Shown: positions 17,737-25,560, counted from the first letter of the stretch. The stretch: 60,354 nt of DNA from an uncultured Gammaproteobacteria bacterium (GCA_964641245.1 CAZXML010000006.1:1-60354), one strand, 5' to 3'. A program made the numbers and translations. The notes: a model not told the origin generated them from the letters alone.

Positions 17737-17765
17737 TTGACTTTTTTACAACTTATTGCTATGAT
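17737..17765 (+). promoter_or_regulatory. Sigma70-type promoter of the rpsF-ssb-rpsR operon.
   Basis: TTGACT (17737-17742), a 17-nt spacer, then TATGAT (17760-17765). Confidence 0.5.
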
Positions 17766-17809
17766 AAGCCAGCCTTTGGAATAGTATCTAAACTAATTAA
17801 TTAAGTGGT

Positions 17810-17863
17810 TTGTCATGCTGGATTTGGTCAGCATTCCATATCCCGACTAAGTCGGGATGACAA
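17810..17863. repeat. TTGTCAT...ATGACAA element, two-hairpin subtype, in the rpsF 5' UTR.
   Basis: ttgtc-ATGCTGG-atttg-GTCAGCAT ... ATCCCGAC-taa-GTCGGGAT-gacaa. Confidence 0.8.
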
Positions 17864-17874
17864 AAAATTACACT

Positions 17875-18354
17875 ATGAAGAAATACGAATTGCTGTTGGT
17901 TTTGCCCGGTACTTTAGATGAAAAGGAAGTCGGGAAACTGGTACAAGAAATAAAGGAATCTGTTGGCGCTAACAGTCAGGATGTAGAATTAAACAATCTT
18001 GGCAAGGTTAGATTGTCTTATCCTATCAAGCAAATTAGGTATGGTTATTACTATACTTTAGTTTTTAATGCCGAACCGGGCGCAGTAAAAATAATTTCCG
18101 AAAAGTTAAGAATGAGAGCGGATGTTTTACGCAGTATGATTTCTCACTTTAACACCAACGTTGTAGCCGCCAAAAAAATTACATACAGCACCAACGAAGT
18201 CGGAGTTACTACTATGGTGGAAAAAGAAGAACCAGCTGAAAAAGTCAGAGTTGAGATGCCGGCAGTGTCCGCGCCGACTACCAAAGTTGATTTGAAGGCA
18301 ATTGATGAAAAACTGAATGAAATTTTGGATAACAACATTATACCGGGAGTATAA
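17875..18354 (+). CDS. rpsF: 30S ribosomal protein S6 with a C-terminal extension.
   Basis: MKKYELLLVLPG...RLSYPIKQIRYGYY. The start is moved from 17857 (inside the repeat terminus ATGACAA) to ATG 17875. Confidence 0.85.
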   Translation: MKKYELLLVLPGTLDEKEVGKLVQEIKESVGANSQDVELNNLGKVRLSYPIKQIRYGYYYTLVFNAEPGAVKIISEKLRMRADVLRSMISHFNTNVVAAKKITYSTNEVGVTTMVEKEEPAEKVRVEMPAVSAPTTKVDLKAIDEKLNEILDNNIIPGV

Positions 18355-18357
18355 TAA

Positions 18358-18425
18358 TTGTCATGCTGAACTTGATTCAGCATCTGGCGAATTTACAAAG
18401 ATCCTGAAACAAGTTCAGGATGACA
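18358..18425. repeat. TTGTCAT...ATGACA element, two-hairpin subtype, between rpsF and ssb.
   Basis: ttgtc-ATGCTGAA-cttga-TTCAGCAT ... ATCCTGAAC-aa-GTTCAGGAT-gaca. Confidence 0.85.
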
Positions 18426-18551
18426 TAACAAAATTGTATAGGGGTTTCGCCACATATATTCTCATTCACTCAAAAATGTTTTGTCATCAGGTTGCAATCA
18501 AGTAAACTTGTTGCAACTGCCGCCAATCCATTTTATTCATTCATTTCGAAT

Positions 18552-18989
18552 ATGGACCTAAATAAAGTCATGATCATCGGCCGTTTAACCCGAGATCCGG
18601 AACTTAAGAATACTCCTACCGGCAAGGCTGTGGCCACTATTGGCGTAGCGACCGGCAGGGTTTGGATAGATGCCAAAGGCCAGAAACAAAAACAAACCGA
18701 GTTTCATAATGTGGTGCTTTGGGGAAAGTTGGCCGAAATTGTTCACCAGTATTTACACAAGGGTGGAAAAATATATCTGGAAGGCCGTTTGCAAACCCGC
18801 GAATGGACCGGTCAGGACGGAGTAAAAAGATACCGGACGGAAATTGTGGGCGAGAACATGATAATGTTGGACTCACGACCGGCCGGAGCTACCGGAACTC
18901 CTTCCACATCTTATGAACCGACCGCTATGACGGAAGCGCCTCAAGAAGTCATTGAGGAAGAAGTAAAAGTAGAAGATATACCATTTTAA
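18552..18989 (+). CDS. ssb: Single-stranded DNA-binding protein.
   Basis: MDLNKVMIIGRLTRDPELK OB-fold start and an acidic tail ending in EDIPF. The start is moved to ATG 18552. Confidence 0.9.
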   Translation: MDLNKVMIIGRLTRDPELKNTPTGKAVATIGVATGRVWIDAKGQKQKQTEFHNVVLWGKLAEIVHQYLHKGGKIYLEGRLQTREWTGQDGVKRYRTEIVGENMIMLDSRPAGATGTPSTSYEPTAMTEAPQEVIEEEVKVEDIPF

Positions 18990-19006
18990 ATTAAAAAAAA
19001 TTATTT

Positions 19007-19240
19007 ATGATGAATAATGCAGCAAAAGAAAAAGAACAAAAAGATAAGGCTTGTTATTACTGTGTGAATAACAAATTAGTAGTTGATTATAAAGACATCA
19101 CTACTTTAAGAAAATTTGTTTCTTCCTACATGAAAATAGCCCCGCGCCGACGCAGTGGTTTGTGCGCTAAACACCAGCGCCAAGTTGCCGGAGCGGTAAA
19201 GAGAGCCAGACAAGCATCACTGATGCCTTACACAGCTTAA
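19007..19240 (+). CDS. rpsR: 30S ribosomal protein S18.
   Basis: CYYC...VDYKD...LRKFVS...I.PRRRSGLCAKHQR. Confidence 0.9.
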   Translation: MMNNAAKEKEQKDKACYYCVNNKLVVDYKDITTLRKFVSSYMKIAPRRRSGLCAKHQRQVAGAVKRARQASLMPYTA

Positions 19241-19246
19241 ATAAAA

Positions 19247-19265
19247 AGCCCCGCGAGGGGCTTTT
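19247..19265 (+). terminator. Rho-independent terminator after rpsR.
   Basis: AGCCCC-gcga-GGGGCT followed by TTT. Confidence 0.6.
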
Positions 19266-19272
19266 GAAGTAT

Positions 19273-20307
19273 ATGTCTAATTGGTCTGATTTAAAAAATA
19301 ATCCGCGGTTGAAAAATATCTATGATACGCGAATTAAAATTATTAAATTAATCCGCGATTTTTTTTGGTCTATGGATTTTATGGAAACAGATACGCCGGT
19401 TGCGGTAAAGTTGGCCAGCCAGGAGCCATATCTTAATCCGTTGTTCGTTACCATCCACGATCCGAACAGTCATGCTGAAAATTTTTATTTACGCACCTCG
19501 CCGGAGTTTGCTTTAAAAAAATTACTGGCGGTTGGTTACGAAAAGATTTTTGAGATCGGCAAATGCTTCCGTGATTACGAAAGTTTTGGCGGTAATCATA
19601 ATACCGAGTTCACTATGCTGGAATGGTATCGGGCGCCCGGAAAATATCAGGATATTATGGATGATACCGAGAACTTGTTTAAATATATTAGTCGAAATTT
19701 AGAAATAAAGAAATTAAGAAATAGGCAGGTCGAAATTTTAATTGATTGCAAGTGGGACCGCTTAAGCATGAAAGAGGTTTGGCAAAAATATATTGGTGTT
19801 AATCTTGACGATTATTTAGAAATTGATAGGTTAAAACAATTGGCCATTGATAAAAAATACGTGATAGATGATAATTACGAATACGAAGATATTTTTTATA
19901 AAATTTTCTTAAATGAAATTGAGCCTAATTTGGGAAACGAAACTCCGATTTTTGTTTATGATTACCCTGCCTGCATGACCTCTCTGTCCCGCTTATGCGA
20001 ACACGATAACAGATATGCGGAAAGATTTGAGTTGTATATTGGAGGTTTGGAGTTGGCCAATGCTTTTGGCGAATTAACCGATGCCAAAGTGCAGGAAAAA
20101 CAATTGCAAAAAGACATGGAGCTACGAAAGAAACTCGGCAAGGAAACTTGGCCAGTAGACAAGGATTTTATCGCCGCTTTACAGTCCGGAATCCCAACGG
20201 CAGGGGGTATTGCCTTGGGAGTAGATCGTATGGTAGTATTATTTACCGAAGCGAAGGATATAAATGAGGTAATCTTTGGAGCGGTAAAGGACCAGATTGA
20301 AAATTAG
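19273..20307 (+). CDS. epmA: EF-P lysine beta-lysyltransferase EpmA (GenX/PoxA; class II LysRS catalytic-core paralog).
   Basis: Class II aaRS motifs are present: FRDYESFGGNHNTEFTMLEWY, ELANAFGEL and GGIALGVDRMV. There is no anticodon-binding domain. The gene sits immediately upstream of efp. Confidence 0.75.
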   Translation: MSNWSDLKNNPRLKNIYDTRIKIIKLIRDFFWSMDFMETDTPVAVKLASQEPYLNPLFVTIHDPNSHAENFYLRTSPEFALKKLLAVGYEKIFEIGKCFRDYESFGGNHNTEFTMLEWYRAPGKYQDIMDDTENLFKYISRNLEIKKLRNRQVEILIDCKWDRLSMKEVWQKYIGVNLDDYLEIDRLKQLAIDKKYVIDDNYEYEDIFYKIFLNEIEPNLGNETPIFVYDYPACMTSLSRLCEHDNRYAERFELYIGGLELANAFGELTDAKVQEKQLQKDMELRKKLGKETWPVDKDFIAALQSGIPTAGGIALGVDRMVVLFTEAKDINEVIFGAVKDQIEN

Positions 20308-20326
20308 TAATTTTTCTAATTTATTT

Positions 20327-20418
20327 GTATTACGTATCAAGTATTAAGTATTAAGCCCGACCGATAAAGCTTTTATTGGTTATCAAATACATAATACTTA
20401 ATACATAATACCTAATAC
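20327..20418. repeat. AT-rich word-stutter hairpin (GTATTAAG words).
   Basis: The left arm is gtattacgtatcaagtattaagtattaag. The right arm is cataatacttaatacataatacctaatac. Related words occur at 28348-28380 and 45421-45507. Confidence 0.75.
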
Positions 20419-20425
20419 TTTGTCT

Positions 20426-20989
20426 ATGTCCTCATCAACATCCGATGTAAAAAAAGGAGTAGTTATCCGTCAGGGAAATGACTTGTTTGTGGTAGTAGAA
20501 TTTCAACATGTAAATCCGGGTAAGGGCGCGGCTTTTGTGCGTACCCGTATGAAAAGCTTAAGCAACGACAAAGTGGTGGAAGTAACGTATAAAACCAGCG
20601 AAACCGTGGATATTGTGCAGGTAGATTTCCGCACTATGCAGTTTTTGTATAAGACAGGTGAGAAGTATGCTTTTATGAACATGCAAACCTACGAACAGAT
20701 AGAAATGGACGGGGAATTTATCGGTAGTGACGCCAAATATTTAAAAGAAGGGATTGATGTGGTGGTTGGATTATACGAAGACCGCCCTGTTAGCGTGCAA
20801 TTGCCCACAAAAATAAAATACAAAGTAGTAGAAGCTCCTCCGGCAGTTCGCGGAGATAGCGCCACCGGCAACGTTACCAAAGAAATCACTCTGGATAATG
20901 GCCTAAAAGTACAGGCGCCAATATTCATTAAAGAAGGCGAAGAGGTTCTGGTCAATACCGAAACAGGCGAGTATTCCGCCCGAGCCTAA
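20426..20989 (+). CDS. efp: Elongation factor P.
   Basis: VNPGKGAAFVRTRMK loop with the modifiable Lys in PGKG. Three-domain length of 187 aa. Confidence 0.9.
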   Translation: MSSSTSDVKKGVVIRQGNDLFVVVEFQHVNPGKGAAFVRTRMKSLSNDKVVEVTYKTSETVDIVQVDFRTMQFLYKTGEKYAFMNMQTYEQIEMDGEFIGSDAKYLKEGIDVVVGLYEDRPVSVQLPTKIKYKVVEAPPAVRGDSATGNVTKEITLDNGLKVQAPIFIKEGEEVLVNTETGEYSARA

Positions 20990-21011
20990 ACTCTGATATA
21001 ATTTTAGGTAT

Positions 21012-22694
21012 ATGCAGTACCTGAATTTTTTATGGTCAAGCAAGTTTGGCGCGACAGTTTTATGGCTGATCGGTTTTTTGGTTGTTTTTAATATCTTAAA
21101 ATGGATTTTTCTAAAAAAGGGAAAAAAAGCGGCTAAATTTTTTCTTTCCCTGATTGTTTCCATCGGCGGGGGTGTAAAAGGTAATTCAAGTATCAGTAAT
21201 TTTATTGGCCGGCATCCGGTGTGGGCAAAGTTCTTAAAGCAAAGACTGGACCGGTCAAAATTTAGCGGGTTGATGCTGTCAATTCTGTCATTAGTGGTTT
21301 TTTACGCCGTTAGTTCCTTTGTGGGAACGGCGGTTGATATTTTTATTATTGGCAATGTTTTAAGCGCGGATTCAAGCTTGGCCAATCTGTTGGCGGCTTT
21401 TCGTAATCCTTTACTTGCAAAAATATTCTTATGGATAACATTGCTGGGAAATTGGCGTTTAGTGGCGGTAATGATGTTGGCGGCTTTAATTTTATTCTGG
21501 TTGTGGAATAAAAAAAATTATATTGCGCCATTTTTGATCAGTATCGGCGGAGGTTTTGTAACCGGCGCCGTGGGCAAATATATTTGGCAAAGGCCCAGGC
21601 CTTTAGAAGTGGCGGTCTACATGGAGAAGTCATGGTCGTTCCCCAGCGGCCATGCCATTCTGGCCGTAACCTTGTATGGTTTTTTAATTTACTTTTTTTG
21701 GAAGCATCTGGCCAGATGGAAAAATAAAATAGACGTTTTGTTTTTTGGTCTTTTGATAATTATTTTTATCGGATTTAGCCGTTTATATTTAGGGGTGCAC
21801 TATTTAAGCGATGTTTGGGCCGGTTATATGGTAGGGCTTTTTTGGTTAACTGTCGGCATTGGTTTGGTGGAATCCAAAAAAACATTTTTATCTTCACCGG
21901 AGAATGACTCGGCTATATTATGTTTTACCAAAACATGCCTGGCTAAATTAGGGTTGTATAAAGAAATTCTACCGAAGCATTTAAAAATTATTACGGTTGC
22001 TTTGGCCGGTTTATTGGTGGCCGCGTATGTTGGGTACGGTTTAAGCTACAAACCATTATTTAATCCGGCCGGAGAAGTAGAAAATATCCATACTGTGGCT
22101 GATGCTAAATTGGGAGAAATTTTTACCGATTACAAATTACCTAAATTTACCGAGACTCTTTTTGGCAATCCCCAGGAGCCAATCAGTTTTATAGTAGTGG
22201 CCGATAACGATGAACAGCTTATAACATCATTTCAAAAAGCCGGTTGGTTTTTAGCCGAAAAGCCCAATGTTCATTTTTTGGTGGCTGCATTTAAGTTTCA
22301 GGTCCTTAATCAACCTTACCCCACCGCGCCAATGACCCCGTATTTTTGGCAGACATATACTAACGATTTTGGGTTTGAAGAACCAACCGAAGTGAATAGC
22401 GCCCGCTATCGTCATCATGCCAGATTTTGGCGAACCGACTTTACTACTCCCGAAGGTAAAAATATTTATGTCGGCATTACCAGTTTTGATATGGGAGTAA
22501 AATGGTGGGGCTTAACCCATAAAATAAAACCGGATATAGACAGTGAAAGGGATTATCTTTTTGATGATTTGAACAAGGCGTTGGCAGTGGGTGATTATAA
22601 AAAAATACAATTTGTGGATCCGGTCCTGGGAATGAATTTTACGGGGGATCAGTTTTTTACGGATGGCAAGGCATATGTGATGTATTTGAAGTAA
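21012..22694 (+). CDS. Membrane PAP2-family phosphatase fused to an LssY-like C-terminal domain.
   Basis: PAP2 motifs KYIWQRPRP, PSGHA and SRLYLGVHYLSD are present. The C-terminal part contains RYRHHARFW...SFDMG. Confidence 0.7.
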   Translation: MQYLNFLWSSKFGATVLWLIGFLVVFNILKWIFLKKGKKAAKFFLSLIVSIGGGVKGNSSISNFIGRHPVWAKFLKQRLDRSKFSGLMLSILSLVVFYAVSSFVGTAVDIFIIGNVLSADSSLANLLAAFRNPLLAKIFLWITLLGNWRLVAVMMLAALILFWLWNKKNYIAPFLISIGGGFVTGAVGKYIWQRPRPLEVAVYMEKSWSFPSGHAILAVTLYGFLIYFFWKHLARWKNKIDVLFFGLLIIIFIGFSRLYLGVHYLSDVWAGYMVGLFWLTVGIGLVESKKTFLSSPENDSAILCFTKTCLAKLGLYKEILPKHLKIITVALAGLLVAAYVGYGLSYKPLFNPAGEVENIHTVADAKLGEIFTDYKLPKFTETLFGNPQEPISFIVVADNDEQLITSFQKAGWFLAEKPNVHFLVAAFKFQVLNQPYPTAPMTPYFWQTYTNDFGFEEPTEVNSARYRHHARFWRTDFTTPEGKNIYVGITSFDMGVKWWGLTHKIKPDIDSERDYLFDDLNKALAVGDYKKIQFVDPVLGMNFTGDQFFTDGKAYVMYLK

Positions 22695-22700
22695 TTAAAA

Positions 22701-22731
22701 AACCGACCACATCAGATGGTCGGTTTTTTTT
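22701..22731. terminator. Bidirectional intrinsic terminator between convergent genes.
   Basis: AACCGACCA-catcaga-TGGTCGGTT, flanked by an A-run upstream and a T-run downstream. Confidence 0.7.
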
Positions 22732-22740
22732 ATTCTTTTT

Positions 22741-23481
22741 TTATTCAACAAGTAATGTTCCGGTCATGCCCACATGCCCGACCCCGCAGTAGACCTTGCA
22801 GGAAGTAGTGAAAGTACCGGTCTTATCGGCTGTAAATTCAACGACCGTTGTTTCTCCGGGTTTAATATCGGCATTAATATTAAAATCCGGAATAGAATAG
22901 CTGTGCGCCACGTCAATTGTTTTTAATTTTAGCACAACCTTATCTCCTTTTTTAACTTTAATAACCGCCGGAGAGAATGACCATTGTTTGGCGGTGATAA
23001 TAAATTCTTTGCGCGCGCCGATGGGAGCTTGAATTGTGTCTTTGGTAACTTCCGCGAAATTAGATATATTGAACTCACCCATAATTACCTGCTGGTCTCT
23101 GATTACTGGGCCGTCATTGCCGGGGAATTCAAATACGCCATTTTGTCCGCGGTCATAATGGAGCATGGCGATTAAAGACGGGGAAAGATTGGTTTTGTCT
23201 ATTGTTACTTTTATTTTTGAAGAACTGCCTTTTAGTAATGCGGTGTACCCAATTACTCCTCCCGGCAAGCCATTTTGTTTTTCGTGGATTACCACCCAGC
23301 CATTGTCGTCGATGTTAGCTTTGTCGATTACCACCTGGTTATCGGCTTTTAAATCTTGCGCCGATACTAAAATAGATGGTGTTTGGTTGCCGGTTTGAGC
23401 CGTTTCTTTGCCGACACAACCGGCGCCCAGAAGCGCTAGAGTGCCTAGAACTGCGGCCAAAGACAGGAGTTGTTTATGCAT
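22741..23481 (-). CDS. Lipoprotein with a C-terminal CuA-type (cytochrome oxidase subunit II-like) cupredoxin domain.
   Basis: The start is moved to MHKQLLSLAAVLGTLALLGAGC (lipobox), because the 23541 start lies inside a repeat. DVAHSYSIPDF is followed 35 residues after the His by CKVYCGVGHVGM, which fits C-x3-C-G-x2-H-x2-M. Confidence 0.7.
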   Translation of the reverse strand: MHKQLLSLAAVLGTLALLGAGCVGKETAQTGNQTPSILVSAQDLKADNQVVIDKANIDDNGWVVIHEKQNGLPGGVIGYTALLKGSSSKIKVTIDKTNLSPSLIAMLHYDRGQNGVFEFPGNDGPVIRDQQVIMGEFNISNFAEVTKDTIQAPIGARKEFIITAKQWSFSPAVIKVKKGDKVVLKLKTIDVAHSYSIPDFNINADIKPGETTVVEFTADKTGTFTTSCKVYCGVGHVGMTGTLLVE

Positions 23482-23494
23482 ATATTTTATTTTA

Positions 23495-23554
23495 TTGTCA
23501 TCCTGAACTTGTTTCAGCATCTTCCGTAGATCCTGAAACAAGTTCAGGATGACA
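23495..23554. repeat. TTGTCAT...ATGACA element, two-hairpin subtype.
   Basis: ttgtc-ATCCTGAA-cttgt-TTCAGCAT ... ATCCTGAAAC-aa-GTTCAGGAT-gaca. Confidence 0.85.
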
Positions 23555-23587
23555 TTAATTATGTTTACAGTTTAATTCTACATTCTA

Positions 23588-23615
23588 TTGACTTTTTTGT
23601 AAAATTGAGTAAAAT
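23588..23615 (+). promoter_or_regulatory. Candidate promoter reading toward tRNA-Gly(TCC).
   Basis: TTGACT (23588-23593), a 16-nt spacer, then TAAAAT (23610-23615). Confidence 0.4.
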
Positions 23616-23630
23616 ACGCTCATTGTGGAT

Positions 23631-23662
23631 CTGTTTATTTCACTCACTGCGGGTATCATATA
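23631..23662 (+). repeat. Direct duplicate of the tRNA-Gly(TCC) leader plus the first 14 nt of the tRNA.
   Basis: ctgtTtatttcactcactGCGGGTATCATATA at 23631-23662 matches ctgtCtatttcactcactGCGGGTATCATATA at 23741-23772 (31 of 32). Confidence 0.85.
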
Positions 23663-23696
23663 CTTAAGGTATATAATACCCTCGCTCGGAAATATC

Positions 23697-23743
23697 CAGA
23701 ATAGATATTTTTCGCTTGCAAGCAATCAAAAATATCTATTCTG
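23697..23743. repeat. Perfect 16-bp inverted repeat with a 15-nt loop, lying between the two tRNA-leader copies.
   Basis: cagaatagatattttt - cgcttgcaagcaatc - aaaaatatctattctg. Confidence 0.85.
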
Positions 23744-23758
23744 TCTATTTCACTCACT

Positions 23759-23830
23759 GCGGGTATCATATAATGGTTATTATATCAGTTTTCCAAACTG
23801 AATACAGGGGTTCGATTCCCCTTACCCGCT
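23759..23830 (+). tRNA. tRNA-Gly (anticodon TCC).
   Basis: Acceptor is GCGGGTA/TACCCGC. Anticodon arm is TCAGT-TTTCCAA-ACTGA. T arm is AGGGG-TTCGATT-CCCCT. Confidence 0.85.
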
Positions 23831-23898
23831 CAAGTCATGAACCGACCGAAAGTCTGGTTTATGGCGGTTCCTTCACAACCCTAACCCGGAGGTAAACC

Positions 23899-24723
23899 AT
23901 GCTCCCTCTCGATCTATTCATTGTCCGCCACGGGAAGTCCGAAGGCAACAGCGCGCTTGGGAAATTCATACAAAATCAAGATGCAGAATTTGACCCCGAA
24001 TTCCTGAAACGTCACAATTCCCAATTTAGATTAACGGATAAGGGTAAGGATCAGTGTCCGGCTTCCGGGGTTTGGCTTAAGGAATGGCTCAAGGAAAAAA
24101 AACTGGCGCATTTTGACCAGTACTTTGTTTCTACGCACATTCGGGCATGCGAGACGGCGGCCTTACTTAATTTACCGGATGCGGCATGGGAACAGGACTC
24201 TCAGTTGCACGAACGTGACAATGGTCTGTGGGGTGTTATCCCTAATGCGGACTGGCAGAAACGGTACGAAGAATCCATACTACGTAATCGATTCCACGGT
24301 TTTTATACGCCACACGAGAACGGCGAATCTATTTCCGATGTATGTAATCGTTTGCGGCCATTCGTTAGCACTCTGGACAGACAAGAAGTAAATCAAAAAC
24401 GAGTAATCGTGGTCGCGCACGGTGATGTGTCGCAGGCTTTCCGCGTTATTTTGGAGAGAATTACCCCAGTCGACTTCCATGAACGCTGGATTGCAAATAA
24501 GCCGGACTTCCGGATTGGCAATGGTCAGATTCTCCACTACACCCGTGTTGATCCTTCCGAGCCGACATGCACCCACCATGATCGTTTTCGATGGGTGCGT
24601 TCTGTTAATCCCTGGTGTCCGACATATGCGGGCCACGACTGGCGATTTATCGAGAAACGTTATTATAGTAATGAGAAGCTAATAGACATGGTTGAGCGAT
24701 TTCCACCACTGATAAAGGACTGA
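23899..24723 (+). CDS. Histidine phosphatase family protein (phosphoglycerate-mutase-like).
   Basis: LFIVRHGKSEGN (RHG motif) and a downstream VVAHGDV. Confidence 0.7.
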   Translation: MLPLDLFIVRHGKSEGNSALGKFIQNQDAEFDPEFLKRHNSQFRLTDKGKDQCPASGVWLKEWLKEKKLAHFDQYFVSTHIRACETAALLNLPDAAWEQDSQLHERDNGLWGVIPNADWQKRYEESILRNRFHGFYTPHENGESISDVCNRLRPFVSTLDRQEVNQKRVIVVAHGDVSQAFRVILERITPVDFHERWIANKPDFRIGNGQILHYTRVDPSEPTCTHHDRFRWVRSVNPWCPTYAGHDWRFIEKRYYSNEKLIDMVERFPPLIKD

Positions 24724-24740
24724 TACAAAATCACAATCCT

Positions 24741-24777
24741 AGGCGCTCCGCAACCGCGGGACGCCTTAATTTTTTTG
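24741..24777 (+). terminator. Rho-independent terminator.
   Basis: AGGCGcTCCGC-aacc-GCGGGaCGCCT followed by taaTTTTTTT. Confidence 0.65.
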
Positions 24778-24839
24778 ATTTAACGAAATCACGCCACGCA
24801 CCGTCCATTGAAGCGTGGCGCTGTAAATTTAATAAATAA

Positions 24840-24868
24840 TTGACAAATTCCGGTTTAAGAGGTAAAAT
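24840..24868 (+). promoter_or_regulatory. Sigma70-type promoter of the small lipoprotein gene.
   Basis: TTGACA (24840-24845), a 17-nt spacer, then TAAAAT (24863-24868). Confidence 0.5.
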
Positions 24869-24906
24869 TGTTTTTGTTCATTAATCTCATAAGAGGAGAA
24901 GCGGTC

Positions 24907-25233
24907 ATGAGGAAAAATCTGGGCGGACTGATTGTTGCGTTGTTTTTAGTTGGTTCCTGTGGCGCATGCGCGGTTGGTTTGAATAAGAAACTCGACAAGT
25001 TGAACTCTAACCTCGAGGCCTCTCGGGTAGAGATGGCGGCAATTCGTGCAGAGGCAGTTAAGAAAATCGATGAGTTTATCGTTGTGATTGCCGGTCTTCG
25101 TGATGAAGTAGCGGGGCTGAAATCAACAGCGGCTGGTCAAGCAGACGTTCAGGTGCGCATTGCCGAAGCGCTGGAGTCCATCAATAAGAAGGCGGAAGAT
25201 TTCTTGAGGCTAAAGAAGATCCTTTCTCCCTAG
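24907..25233 (+). CDS. Small coiled-coil lipoprotein.
   Basis: MRKNLGGLIVALFLVGSCG lipobox after the RBS aagaggagaag; the rest is helical heptad-like. The start is moved from 24868 to ATG 24907. Confidence 0.6.
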   Translation: MRKNLGGLIVALFLVGSCGACAVGLNKKLDKLNSNLEASRVEMAAIRAEAVKKIDEFIVVIAGLRDEVAGLKSTAAGQADVQVRIAEALESINKKAEDFLRLKKILSP

Positions 25234-25329
25234 AAACAGAGGTGTTATTTTAAAATAATATCACGGTCGCCCAAAGTGACCGATTAATTCCAACAAAAGA
25301 CATCAGTCATTTGTCGGGATTAAAATTAT

Positions 25330-25401
25330 GCGGGTGTCATATAACGGTTATTATACGTCCTTGCCAAGGATGAAATGACGGTTCGATTCCGTTCACCCGC
25401 T
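25330..25401 (+). tRNA. tRNA-Gly (anticodon GCC).
   Basis: Acceptor is GCGGGTG/CACCCGC. Anticodon arm is CGTCC-TTGCCAA-GGATG. T arm is GACGG-TTCGATT-CCGTT. Confidence 0.85.
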
Positions 25402-25408
25402 CTAAAAT

Positions 25409-25479
25409 GGACTACAGACTACGGACTACCGACTACCGACTTTTGTCAGGTGTGGTCAGTAGTCTGTCGTCAGTAGTCC
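25409..25479. repeat. Word-stutter hairpin built from GACTAC heptamers, lying between two tRNAs.
   Basis: ggactac-agactac-ggactac-cgactac-cgac ... gtcagtagtctgtcgtcagtagtcc. Confidence 0.75.
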
Positions 25480-25485
25480 GCATAT

Positions 25486-25560
25486 AGCGGGGTAGAGCAA
25501 TGGCAGCTCGCTGGGCTCATAACCCGGAGGTTCCCGGTTCAAGTCCGGGCCCCGCAACCA
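25486..25560 (+). tRNA. Initiator tRNA-fMet (anticodon CAT), with CCA encoded.
   Basis: It aligns position by position with the E. coli initiator as I remember it: xGCGGGG-T-A-GAGC...CTGGGCTCATAACCCGG...CCCCGCAACCA. The GGG:CCC run in the anticodon stem and A11 are present. Position 1 is A opposite A72 (unpaired 1:72). Confidence 0.8.
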
